Source: an uncultured Alphaproteobacteria bacterium (GTDB lineage: Bacteria > Pseudomonadota > Alphaproteobacteria > UBA6615). Taken from it: DNA of 64,000 nt. Position 1 is the stretch's first letter; each line of letters starts with the position of its first letter. The stretch is taken from positions 14,438 through 78,437 of the forward strand of contig CALSNJ010000005.1 of NCBI GenBank assembly GCA_943787745.1, given 5' to 3'. Positions 47,814 to 57,780 of this stretch are shown here, piece after piece. A program made the position numbers and the translations under genes. The notes below the pieces were generated by a model. The model was not told the origin of the DNA and did no database searches. It was given only the letters and a program-made list of their open reading frames with translations.

Positions 47814-48788
47814 CTAGTACAAACCGGCGCGGCGCGCACGCCCGCGCACCAGTGCCAGCAATGTATCAATCGTGGGTGTGGGAACTTTTGCGATCTCGCC
47901 GAGTTCTGCCACCACGGTTATCAGGGCATCGATCTCCATGGGTCGCTCGCGTTCGAGATCCTGAAGAATCGAGGGTTTGAACTCTCCGAGTTCGGCACCA
48001 AGTTCGATGCGGTCCTCCACGCTCATGGTCATGGGCAGCCCGAGTGCGTTCCCGACATCTTTGGCTTCCTGCATCATGTTTGCTGCGATCGGGCGCACAT
48101 CCATGTCGCGCGCAATCTTGATCAGAGTTGCTCCGGTCAGCACGCTGATCGGTCCCATCCCCATATTGCCAATCAGTTTCATCCAGATTTCGCCATGAAT
48201 ATCGTTGGTCGCCTTACCGTTTAGGCCAGAGGCGGTGATTACAGCGGCAAATTTTCCGGCGGCTTCAGATGATGCGCGCGAGGCGCTGCCAATCAGAAAC
48301 GTATCGCCCGCAGCATGATGGATCACGCCCGGCGCAGGCACTGATGCACCGGCATGGACCACGCAGCCGAGCAGAGACGTCTGGGGGAAAGCGGACTCCA
48401 GTACCCCTTCGGGATCGACGGCTTTGAGCCGACGTCCATGCAGGGGTTCTGGCAAGGCGCGACTGAACCACCAGGGAACCCCGTTCATGGCTGATACGAT
48501 CGTGGTGTTGGCATCGCACAGGGGTGCCAATTTGGGAGCGAGTGCCGGAAGTGCAGGCGCTTTGACGGTCAGAAGGACGACGTTTTGGACCCCCAACGTG
48601 CTGGGGTCGTCAGAAGCCGTTATGGGAGAAACGAATTCGGTACTATCAGAAATGTATCTCAATCCGTTCTTCTGGATTGCTGCCAGATGGGCCCCCCGCG
48701 CGATCGCAGAAACATCGCAACCGGTCTGCGCCAGTCTCGCTGCAAGCAATCCGCCGATCGCACCAGCGCCAACAATACCGACCTTCAT
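47814..48788 (-). CDS. 2-dehydropantoate 2-reductase family oxidoreductase (second paralogue)
   Basis: MKVGIVGAGAIGGLLAARL. Confidence 0.8.
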   Translation of the reverse strand: MKVGIVGAGAIGGLLAARLAQTGCDVSAIARGAHLAAIQKNGLRYISDSTEFVSPITASDDPSTLGVQNVVLLTVKAPALPALAPKLAPLCDANTTIVSAMNGVPWWFSRALPEPLHGRRLKAVDPEGVLESAFPQTSLLGCVVHAGASVPAPGVIHHAAGDTFLIGSASRASSEAAGKFAAVITASGLNGKATNDIHGEIWMKLIGNMGMGPISVLTGATLIKIARDMDVRPIAANMMQEAKDVGNALGLPMTMSVEDRIELGAELGEFKPSILQDLERERPMEIDALITVVAELGEIAKVPTPTIDTLLALVRGRARRAGLY

Positions 48789-48803
48789 GCTCTGCGGCCG
48801 TGT

Positions 48804-50186
48804 TTAGCGGGCCAGTGCATTATCAACCCATGCGGTATGGGCAAACATTTCAGCGTCGCGGTTGTGGAACCCGATAAGTTGTAGCCCAAGGGGCAGGCCA
48901 TCAGCTTCGAGTGCCGGGATGGTGATGGCGGGTGCGCCCATGCAGGAAGCAGGTGAGCACATGATCGGGTGTCCGATGTTCTCCAGGCCCACTGGTGCGA
49001 CCTCGGGTGCTGTGAGGCCAATCACGCCGTCAATTTGCTCGGACAGGGCCAGATACCGCGCCCGGAACCCATCTTTCCACTCGAGAGCCAGATGATAGTC
49101 CTCAAGTGTAATTTCATGCGCGCGGACCAGCAGCTTGTTGATACGGTCGTGAAATTCGCCTCCGGATTTTTCATATTCGAAGAATGGCCAGCGCATTTCA
49201 AAGGCTGCGATCTCGGCAATGCACCAGTCGGAACGGGCGCAGTCGTCTTCAATCGCCTGCAGCTCGGGGACTGTTGAAGGCTCGACGATCGAAACGCCGG
49301 CATTCGACAAGGTGTCGAGTGCGGTTTCAAATGCATCGCGGACACTGGTATCTGCCAGTTCCCAGCCCGGTGTGTACATGCGCAAAAGTCGTTTGGGCAT
49401 CGTTGCCGCAGGGGCGTCTTCAGGTCCGGTCAAACCGCGAGAACCTGGCACTGGCCCGGCCTCTTGCGCCAGAAACCGAAGCGTCTGCCAGGCATCCTCA
49501 AGCGCATGGGCATGTGCACCGACATGCTCGCCCGAGGGAGAAAACGGATGAATGCCATCCTGGCGGATAGCCCCGTAGGTTGGTTTGACGCCAACATGGC
49601 CGCAATAGCTCGCGGGACGCAGGACAGACGACATCAATTGTGTACCGATGGCCAGCGGCAGCATTCCGGCACCCACGGCAGCCGCTGAGCCGCTCGATGA
49701 GGTGCCCGGCGTGCGGTTGTGGTCATAGGGATTGCGCGTCGGTGTGATCGCACCATAGGCAAATTCTGTTGTCGCTGTCTTTCCGACCAGAACAGCCCCT
49801 CCACGACGCAGCGCAGAGGCCACGGCCGAATCTCGCTCGGCCTGCCAGCCGGTAAAGATCGGGCTGCCGGATTGGGTGGGAAGCCCCTCGGTCTGGATGA
49901 TGTCTTTCAGTCCAATGGGGAGGCCGTCGACGGCAGATAAAGGGTTTCCGGCCTTGTAGCGGGTGTCGGCTTGTGCGGCGGCGAGACGGGCTTCGTCGCG
50001 TGCGAGAGTCACAAAGGCATGGAGACTGGGTTCCTGCGTTTCGATCTCGTCGAGAAAGCGTTCCAGGAACGCCGAGGGTGTATCGCGACCGTCCCTGAAA
50101 TCTTCGCGCGCGGCCCGAAACGAGGCCGCGAAAGCTGGCCCACAGCTATAGGCGGTGGGCCGGCTTTGGGTGTGTGCCAAACTCAA
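48804..50186 (-). CDS. amidase-signature family amidase
   Basis: GTSSSGSAAAV signature and the GLKD region. The TTG start overlaps the stop of the upstream gene (TTGA). Confidence 0.8.
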   Translation of the reverse strand: MSLAHTQSRPTAYSCGPAFAASFRAAREDFRDGRDTPSAFLERFLDEIETQEPSLHAFVTLARDEARLAAAQADTRYKAGNPLSAVDGLPIGLKDIIQTEGLPTQSGSPIFTGWQAERDSAVASALRRGGAVLVGKTATTEFAYGAITPTRNPYDHNRTPGTSSSGSAAAVGAGMLPLAIGTQLMSSVLRPASYCGHVGVKPTYGAIRQDGIHPFSPSGEHVGAHAHALEDAWQTLRFLAQEAGPVPGSRGLTGPEDAPAATMPKRLLRMYTPGWELADTSVRDAFETALDTLSNAGVSIVEPSTVPELQAIEDDCARSDWCIAEIAAFEMRWPFFEYEKSGGEFHDRINKLLVRAHEITLEDYHLALEWKDGFRARYLALSEQIDGVIGLTAPEVAPVGLENIGHPIMCSPASCMGAPAITIPALEADGLPLGLQLIGFHNRDAEMFAHTAWVDNALAR

Positions 50187-50548
50187 AGGATCTCCAGTAC
50201 GGATTCGGGCGGTCGACCGATGCGCGCCGCACTCGCGGTTACGACAATTGGGCGTTCCATGAGAATCGGGTGTTTGAGGATGGCCTGTATAATGTCCTCC
50301 TCCGACAGCGAGGGGTCAGACAGGTTCATTTCCTTGTAGGCATCTTCGCCCTTGCGCAGCAGGTCCCGCGCAGGAATTCCCAGAAGGTCGAGAATCTGGC
50401 GCAACTCGATGTCGTCGGGCGGCTCTTTGAGATACTCAATCACCGAGACGTCAATGCCGCGCTCCTCCAGCAAAGCCAGCGTTGCGCGCGATTTGCTGCA
50501 ACGTGGATTGTGATAGATATCGACGCTCATTTCTTCTTCTTCGTCCAT
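50183..50548 (-). CDS. ArsC/Spx-family thioredoxin-fold protein
   Basis: IYHNPRCSKSR motif. The start is ambiguous (ATG at 50548 or 50530). No arsB or arsR is nearby. Confidence 0.7.
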   Translation of the reverse strand: MDEEEEMSVDIYHNPRCSKSRATLALLEERGIDVSVIEYLKEPPDDIELRQILDLLGIPARDLLRKGEDAYKEMNLSDPSLSEEDIIQAILKHPILMERPIVVTASAARIGRPPESVLEIL

Positions 50549-50644
50549 GTCACTCGTCCAGTTTTGTGGTTGCCGGAGAACTTGTAACGCACCGGGTCTA
50601 AATCGATTGGTAAACCGCCCGAAATCATTTGTTAACCAAATCTG

Positions 50645-50665
50645 GCGATAGTTTAGCGATAGTTT
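50645..50665 (+). promoter_or_regulatory. tandem 10-11-bp direct repeat upstream of the response regulator gene
   Basis: gcgatagttt a gcgatagttt (50645-50654 and 50656-50665). The nearby palindrome ATTTG-TTAAC-CAAAT lies at about 50617-50631. Confidence 0.3.
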
Positions 50666-50725
50666 GTCGGAATCTCTCGTTTCACATTTGTGGTGCCGGG
50701 AATCCCTGTGGAAAGTTCCTTTTAC

Positions 50726-51349
50726 ATGATCAATCAATCAATTTCTGATCTTCGCGTTCTTGTTGTTGATGACAATGATCATATGCGTCGTCTGCTGCGT
50801 AGCATTCTGGAAGCTTTGAGAATCACGCAGGTGCACGATGTCGAGAATGGAATGATCGCATTGAACGACAGTCGCGTGAACCTGCCTGATGTCATCATCA
50901 CCGATATGATGATGACGCCGATTGATGGTCTGGAGTTTTCTCGCATGCTGCGTGACGACCCGACCCATCCCGCCACGGATGTGCCGGTCGTGATGATCAC
51001 GGGGTATGCCGAAAAGCATCATGTTGAAGCAGCACGCGATGCCGGTGTTACCGAATTTCTGGCCAAACCGGTCACCGTGGATGGGGTCGCTGCCCGATTG
51101 CGCAGTGTTGTGGAAAATCCGCGGGAGTTTATCCGTTCGAATTCATTCGTTGGACACGACCGCCGTCGGCGGCAACTTCCTGTTCCTGCCGAAGCAAAAC
51201 GCCGCGCCGAAGATGGCGCGGCGAATGCAGCTTTTCTAGCCGGGAAAGGCAGCAGCCGGTTTGAAGACATCCAGCCGCACGGTGATGCGGTTCTGGATGT
51301 CTACGAAACCGAGCCGCAACAGCCCCAGTTGCGTCGGACGTTACGCTAG
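50726..51349 (+). CDS. orphan CheY-like response regulator with an uncharacterised C-terminal extension
   Basis: Receiver motifs VLVVDDN, phospho-acceptor IITDMMMTPIDG and KPV. About 90 C-terminal residues, including GHDRRRRQLP, have no recognisable output domain. Confidence 0.8.
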   Translation: MINQSISDLRVLVVDDNDHMRRLLRSILEALRITQVHDVENGMIALNDSRVNLPDVIITDMMMTPIDGLEFSRMLRDDPTHPATDVPVVMITGYAEKHHVEAARDAGVTEFLAKPVTVDGVAARLRSVVENPREFIRSNSFVGHDRRRRQLPVPAEAKRRAEDGAANAAFLAGKGSSRFEDIQPHGDAVLDVYETEPQQPQLRRTLR

Positions 51350-52680
51350 CCCTCGTAGGCTGTGATCATCCCCGCCGTTTTGGGCAGCCAGGTAACGATT
51401 TCCGGGAACAGGACAATCAGAACCACCAGCCCAAGCGTTGCGATGAAGAATGGCGCGACCCCTCTGAATATCTTGTTCAGAGGCACATCGGGTGCCATTT
51501 TTGCCATCACATAGACGTTGATACCCACAGGTGGCGTGATCAAAGCCAGTTCCGCCATGATCACGGCGTAAATGCCGAACCAGATCGGATCGAAACCCAT
51601 CTCCAGAATGATCGGGAACAGGAACGGAATCGTCAGGATCAACATTCCCCAGACATCCAGGAACAGTCCCGAGGATGATGTAGAGGATACTGATCATCAG
51701 CATCGTGGTGAGCGGGCCGAGGCCGAGGCTCTGCATCCAGTCGATCAAACCCTGTGTCAGACCGGTCTGCACCACGAACTTGCCCATCATGTGACCACCG
51801 ATAATGATCACAAAAATCATGGCCGAGGTGTGCATGGTTTCAAGCAGGCTCTTGCCCAAAGACTCCCTGTTGTGATCCGCCGCATCGACCAATGCGATTA
51901 CCAACAGCGCGAAAACGCCTACGGCTGCTGCTTCGGTCGGGGTGAAGATACCGGCATAGATGCCGCCGATGACCACAACGAAAGTCAGCAGAACCGGGCA
52001 GCAAGTTTGACCAGCGAGACAGACTTTTTCGCCGAGCGTGAAGGATTCGCCGATCGGGCCTAGACGCGGGGTTCATCTTGCAGCGGATCCAGATCGTGGC
52101 GGAATAACCAATGGTCATCATGATGCCCGGGATGATGCCCGCGATGAACAGGGCGCCGATCGACGATTCGGTCCAGATGCCGTAGACCACAAGGATGATC
52201 GACGGCGGGATCAGAATGCCCAGTGTACCGGCTGAAGCAATACTGCCGGTGGCCAGACTGTCATCGTAGTTGTAGCGACGCATGGCGGGCATACACATCG
52301 GCCCCATAGTCGCAACCGCTGTCACGCTACCGCCAGATACCGCGCCGAACCCGGCGCAGGCGACGACCGAGGTAATCGCCAGACCGCCAGGAAGTCGTCC
52401 TAGCCATCGGTAGACGCAGTCATATAAATCAGCGGCTATATTGGTTCGATAGACCAGCTGGCCCATCAGGAAGTACATCGGGACGGCGATGAACACGAAG
52501 TTCGTCGCCTGGTCCCAGAAGGTCGAGGAAATCTGGTCGGCGGCGTAGTGCACAGGCCGCGGAATGATGTAGAGCCCGCCCGCCGCCGTCGCCAGCATCG
52601 AGAACGCGATGGGAACGCCCAGGATGATGAGAATCATCATCACGCCGAAAGCTCAGGAGGCCAATTGTCGTGGGATCCAT
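51346..52680 (-). pseudogene. dctM: TRAP transporter large permease DctM, three frameshifts
   Basis: Fragments 52429..52680 (MDPTTIGLLSF), 51840..52643, 51341..51976 and 51346..51645 each step one frame in the same direction. The junctions read F-GVMMMILIILG, KMNP-RLGPIGESF and ILG-LFLDVWGMLIL. Confidence 0.8.
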
Positions 52681-53226
52681 AGTCTAGTCCTCCAGGTCGG
52701 CCGGGTCGCGCTCGACCTCGGGATAGGGGTCGTGGCCGACAAGATTACGCCGACGCCACGGATCAGGAAAAAGGCCATCACGATGGCGCCCATCACCACC
52801 ATGGCGCCGTGATGTAGCCAGACGGGTAGCTCAAGATATTCGGTCATGCGCTCCGAGCCCGAAGGAAAAGTCGAACTCGTCATATTCAACCCGGGTGATG
52901 AGCCAGAACAGGCCCCCGGCGATGATCGCATAGAGGACCGTGATCGCCTTCCGGAACCAGAGCGGCATCACGCCGTAGAGCAGTTCCATCCGGATATGTC
53001 CGTGCCGACGTGTGCATTCGGGAATGGCGGCGACAAAGATGAACAACAGCATCCATTCGCCGAATTCCAGCCCCCAGATTAAAGGCGAGTTGAAGACATA
53101 TCGCAGGATGACGTCTGTCATCATGACGACGCTGATCGCGGGCAGGACTATCCAGGCCCCGATTTTGTCGAAGGTCTGCGTGACGAACGTCAGAATCCTC
53201 GCAATCGTGTCGATGGTTTGGTGCAT
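52653..53226 (-). pseudogene. dctQ: TRAP transporter small permease DctQ, at least one frameshift
   Basis: 52831..53226 carries the typical DctQ N-terminus. It continues as SERMTEYLELPVWLHHGAMVVMG in 52653..52931, one frame over. The true C-terminus is uncertain. Confidence 0.65.
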
Positions 53227-53325
53227 TCCCGAATCCCCAGTCGGCTAAATTTGATGAAGCTGATACGACAGCTTACGGAAGTCGGGCCACCGGTTGCCCG
53301 GTGGCCCGTTCCTGAGTGTTCCGAC

Positions 53326-54518
53326 TTACTTGAAGTCGTACATGCCCATGTTCGGACTATCGACCGTCAGCTGGAACATGTCGTTTGCGGACATGGCCGA
53401 ATACTTGGCTGACAGCGCCTTCACGTCGTCGATGAAGGCCTGGCCCGGACGGCCATTCTTCTCTTCGTTGGCGATCCACTTGGCGGTCAATGGCGCAACA
53501 GCGGCCTTCCAGCGATCCAGCTCGGCTGCTGGCATGTCGATGACTTCAACACCAGCTTCCTTGGTGCGAATCAGGCCCTTCACATCACCGACGCTGTAGA
53601 AGCCCTGTGCATCGGCCTGTGCCATCTGACGGGCCCAGGCGTTGTACACAAGCTGCAGGTCTTTCGGCAGATCGTTGAAGAAGTCCGAGGACGCACAATA
53701 CTCGATCGTGAGCACATTGAAGCCATTCGTGGTGCGGAACTTCGCGATCTCGTGGACCTTGAAGACCGGTGCAATGGCGTCACCGAAATGGATGGCATCC
53801 ACAATGCCGCGCTGCATGGCCGTATAGGCTTCTGCGCCCGGGATCGAGGTCTGGGTTGCCCCCAGCGCGCCGATGATTGCGGCATGGGTGCCGCCACCTG
53901 CGCGAACCTTCAGGCCTTTGACATCCTCAAGCTTGCGAACGGCGGTGTCCTTGGTGAACAGGTGATACGGGCTGGTGTGGGCCATGCGACCGATGACAAC
54001 ACCATATTGCTCGAACTCATCCTTGAAGTACTTCGGATACAGTTCCTCTGCGACAGCGACAGCTTCGTGTGCATTGTTCAGCAGGAACGGCAGGCCCATA
54101 CCGCCAACGGTCGTATAGTCCTTGGCTGTATAGAGCGAGAAGCACGGTGCGAAGTGCGACAGCCCGGTCCGCGTGGCGCGGCGGCCTTCACGAACACTGT
54201 GGACGGTTGCGCCCCACTGATCGTTGACCTTGATCTTGCCGTCGCTCATTTTTTCGAGGTTGCGATAACCTGCAGCGATGATTCTTCGACAGCCCCGCGA
54301 CTGGCGGCAGATGGTGGGTCGCCACCATTTCGAAAACGGGGCCAGAATATGTGACTTCCATATCCGGCACATCGCCACCGACCCATGCCTGCACGGCAGA
54401 CGTGTTCTCTGAGGGCCTCATCAACAGTGGTGCCCACGCCGTTGGCGTTAGCCGGTGCACTGAATGCCAGTGCGGCGGCGAAGACGAGGCTCGTCGTTGC
54501 TAGAAATTTATTGCGCAT
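53326..54518 (-). pseudogene. dctP: TRAP transporter substrate-binding protein DctP, two frameshifts in the 5-prime part
   Basis: ATG at 54516-54518 with a GGGAGGAA ribosome-binding site and signal peptide MRNKFLATTSLVFAAALAFSAPANA. The frame steps near 54425 and near 54293 into the long ORF 53326..54378. Confidence 0.75.
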
Positions 54519-54705
54519 TTGGTTCCTCCCTAGAGACATGAAGCGCTTATGATCCGTTCTTTTGTTTGAACTCTGCGAGCCATCTCTGAACGGGACAAGA
54601 TGGACCGGTACACATACCCATGACCGGCCGGTTCGGTTCCATGATTGCACAGATACCGAATCCAGCCAGCCAAGAATTTTTCAGGACAATGTCACTTTTG
54701 TCCCA

Positions 54706-55689
54706 CTATTTGATCGCGAGCGGGTTGACCGGAGAGCCAACGGCTCCCGTGATCGGCAGTGCCGGGGCCACGAACATGAATTCGTAGACCTTGTCTTCGG
54801 CACAATCGTCCGCGATGTCCTTGAGATAGAAGATCTCTCCCATGGTCAGGCCGAGGATCGGAATGGCGATCCAGTGCCAGGGCTGGTTGATGTTTTCATC
54901 GGTCTCGCACGGGCGAACTTCATTGCCCCACGTGTCAGATGCATAACCGGCGATTTCTTTTTCGAAGATCCAGTCGAGGGTCTCGAAGGCCATGCCTGCG
55001 GCATCGCCACCGGCATATCCATCCCAGCTGCCGTCGTTCAGGCAACGCTCCATCATGCCGGTGCGCAGAACGACATAATCGCCCTTGCGCACTTCGACGC
55101 CCTGATCTTCGCAGGCTTCGTCGAGATCCTTGCAGGTGATGGGATAGCCGTCTTCAAGGCAATCCACGCCCTTGACCCGGGCGATGTCGAGGAACACGCC
55201 GCGTCCGGTCATCTTGTCCTTGGTCTTCTCAATGCCGGCTTTCTGAGCGCCAGCCGATGTGACTTCGCGGCACTCGTAACCGTTCCACATGTGGTCCCAA
55301 TAGAAGACATGGCCGAGACCATCCCACTGGGTGCCGCACTGGAGCGGCATCATGACCAGATCATCCGCCCCGCGAATGCCGCGGCTGTCGAGTGTGCCGG
55401 CCCAGGCGTCAGTGCCCGTGCGGGTCATCATGTGAATCGGGTTAAACCGGCCCATAGCGGGGTAAGGGGTCTTGGCGCCCTGCGGTCCGAACTGATCGTA
55501 GTTCAGCCCCATGGACATGACCTTACCCTTTTTGACCAAACTGGCGGCGTTAACAACGTCGGCCTCGGTGGTGTAGTTGAGCGTGCCGATCTCATCATCG
55601 GGACCCCATTTGCCCCAGTTTTTGCACTTTTCAGCGTACTCAGCGAGAATTTCGTGCGTCACGCGCATATCGCTATTCGGATTGGCCAT
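54706..55689 (-). CDS. cyclase-family protein (kynurenine formamidase-like fold)
   Basis: 327-aa ORF. The N-terminus ...WGKWGPDDEIGTLNY and His/Asp-rich motifs are typical of the putative cyclase family. Confidence 0.7.
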   Translation of the reverse strand: MANPNSDMRVTHEILAEYAEKCKNWGKWGPDDEIGTLNYTTEADVVNAASLVKKGKVMSMGLNYDQFGPQGAKTPYPAMGRFNPIHMMTRTGTDAWAGTLDSRGIRGADDLVMMPLQCGTQWDGLGHVFYWDHMWNGYECREVTSAGAQKAGIEKTKDKMTGRGVFLDIARVKGVDCLEDGYPITCKDLDEACEDQGVEVRKGDYVVLRTGMMERCLNDGSWDGYAGGDAAGMAFETLDWIFEKEIAGYASDTWGNEVRPCETDENINQPWHWIAIPILGLTMGEIFYLKDIADDCAEDKVYEFMFVAPALPITGAVGSPVNPLAIK

Positions 55690-55707
55690 CTTCTGATTTC
55701 CTTCTTA

Positions 55708-56433
55708 CTAGGCTTGGTTTGTGTTGAGTTCGTGTGGTGAATTCGGCGATTTCGTGTTCGTCATCGCCGGATTTCGCAAAAGTTGCGCAAGCATTGGCAC
55801 AAGGTTGTCCAGCGCCTGATCGGGGTCGGCGGGGTCGCATTCGCCCCCGGTCAGCACCTGAATGCGGCCCGGATTGGCGAGCGTGTAGACCATGGCACCG
55901 AGCAGCACGTGGAACCGCCAATGCAAATCATGCGCGGGAAGATCTGGCAGAGCGTTCTGTAGCGCTTCGAGGAACTGCCCGGTGGAATCATTGAAATAGC
56001 GGGCATACAAATCGCGGGTCTGTTCGGTGTTTTCCGCAAGCAGGCGGCCGCGGAACCGCGAGAAGCCATGGCCGCCGTGCTGGCCGCGCATGCCGGGTTC
56101 GAGAAACGCCCGGACAATCTGTTCCAGCAGCGGCGGGCGGCCGATCTCCTCGCGACAGGCACGCAGCATCGTGTCGCGCTCTTCGGCGATCCCGGCCGCG
56201 TGGCGGGCAAATACGGCCTCAAGCAGTCCTGTTTTCGAACCGAAGTGATAATTGGCAGCTGCAGAATTTGCGCCGGCCTCTGCTGTGATGGCACGCAAAG
56301 ACACACCGTTGCTTCCGTGCTCGGAAAACAATCTCTGTGCTGCATCGAGAATGCGCTGGCGGGTCGCTTCCCCCCTGGCATCTCCGGCGATGGCAGCTTC
56401 TTCTCCGGCTTTCTCAAGCGGAAGTGCTGTCAC
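55708..56433 (-). CDS. TetR-family transcriptional regulator
   Basis: I chose the GTG at 56431-56433 because GGGAGGAACA lies immediately upstream. HTH segment RQRILDAAQRLFSEHGSNGVSLRAITAEAGANSAAANYHFGSK. Confidence 0.8.
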   Translation of the reverse strand: MTALPLEKAGEEAAIAGDARGEATRQRILDAAQRLFSEHGSNGVSLRAITAEAGANSAAANYHFGSKTGLLEAVFARHAAGIAEERDTMLRACREEIGRPPLLEQIVRAFLEPGMRGQHGGHGFSRFRGRLLAENTEQTRDLYARYFNDSTGQFLEALQNALPDLPAHDLHWRFHVLLGAMVYTLANPGRIQVLTGGECDPADPDQALDNLVPMLAQLLRNPAMTNTKSPNSPHELNTNQA

Positions 56434-56532
56434 TGTTCCTCCCAGGCATCCGTTGGCCGGACGCTCTATGGGAGGATATTCAATCAAGCGTTTGATTTAG
56501 TCAAACCCTTGCCAGTGAGATTGTGGGTAAAT

Positions 56533-57720
56533 TTAGTCAGTCTTCCCACCAAGCACATCAGCAGCCCAGTCGGTCATGTACTCAACCGCAAGCGCGCCGT
56601 GATCAACCTGGCAATGCTCCACACCACCATCGGCGGCGGTGAACACCTTGAGTTCGGCCCGCGGACTTTTCACCGCTTCGCGGATGGTCTTTTGCGCCAT
56701 TTCCAGCGGGATTTGCCGGTCGCCTTCGCCATGCACCACCAACAGCGGGCATTCGATATTGGGGACGGCTTCCTCGAGATTCATGCGGTCCACGACTTCG
56801 AGGATTTCCTCGGCCGAATTGGTGCCGAAGACCCAGTTCATATGCTCTTCCCAATGGGAAACAGAGAGCTTGGTGCCGGTGCCATCCAGACGTCCCCGGG
56901 TGATCTTGCCGTAATCGTTGATCCCGCCCCAGGCGATGGCGCATTTCAGGCGGTGTTCAAAACCGGCCGCGCGCGGCACGTAGTAGCCGCCCAGGCTGAT
57001 GCCGGCCATGCCGATTCGGTTTGAATCGACGTCGTCACGGGTTTCCAGATAGTCGACGGCTGCCCCGGCGGGCACTTCGGTCTCCGGGAACAGCTTGAGG
57101 TCCCGCAGGCGCAGGGCCTCACCAACACCCGGGTGATCAATCATCAGGGTGGAAATTCCGCGTGCGGCATAGGCCCGCGCCAGCCCGGCGAGATAGAGAA
57201 ATTCCTTCATCACATCCAGTCCGTCGAAATGGATGATGCAGGGCGCCGGGCCGTCGCCGGTCACGGCTTTCGGGTTGGCCGGGAAAAACAACGCCGGCAG
57301 GCTGGTGTCGTTCCCATCGTGGCTATAGGGAACTTCAACCCATTCAACCGGACCGTTCTCGCGCTCGACGCCCTTGCGGAACATGTCGAGCATACGTTTG
57401 TAAGTCTCGATCCGGATCGGGGCTTCGGACTTACACATGCGTTCTGCAGTCATGTAGTAGACCGCCGCACGTTTGTACTTGGCGCTGGCGCTGAGCCGGC
57501 GTCCGGCGGCATCGTCCTCGTCAGCCAGACGCTCACTGCGTTCCCCGAGCATCATCCAGCGCGCGTGCCAGGCATCGTTGGCGGCATCGTCATTGGCACC
57601 TGCAACGGGCTTGAGTGGCTCAAGCGCCTCGTGCACTTCCGAGAGCACAGCGCCGGCATTGATCGCCATCACGGCGGCCATCGACCAGGGATAATTGTCG
57701 GGGAAATATTCAAACATCAT
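56533..57720 (-). CDS. alpha/beta hydrolase (FrsA / C-C hydrolase-like)
   Basis: GISLGG nucleophile elbow and a C-terminal HGEGD region. 395 aa. Confidence 0.6.
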   Translation of the reverse strand: MMFEYFPDNYPWSMAAVMAINAGAVLSEVHEALEPLKPVAGANDDAANDAWHARWMMLGERSERLADEDDAAGRRLSASAKYKRAAVYYMTAERMCKSEAPIRIETYKRMLDMFRKGVERENGPVEWVEVPYSHDGNDTSLPALFFPANPKAVTGDGPAPCIIHFDGLDVMKEFLYLAGLARAYAARGISTLMIDHPGVGEALRLRDLKLFPETEVPAGAAVDYLETRDDVDSNRIGMAGISLGGYYVPRAAGFEHRLKCAIAWGGINDYGKITRGRLDGTGTKLSVSHWEEHMNWVFGTNSAEEILEVVDRMNLEEAVPNIECPLLVVHGEGDRQIPLEMAQKTIREAVKSPRAELKVFTAADGGVEHCQVDHGALAVEYMTDWAADVLGGKTD

Positions 57721-57780
57721 GGCGGCGTTCTCCTCAGTGTCGCGCGAGGTCTGATGCCCCGTTCGCGGTTATTGTTTCGT

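Noticed and set aside
50183-50548. An arsenic resistance locus based on the ArsC-family hit.
   Set aside because: There is no arsR, arsB, acr3 or arsH nearby, and the gene is coupled to an amidase operon instead.
50588-50725. A CtrA-type TTAA-N7-TTAAC box in the response regulator promoter.
   Set aside because: Only a single TTAAC is present, with no correctly spaced TTAA partner.
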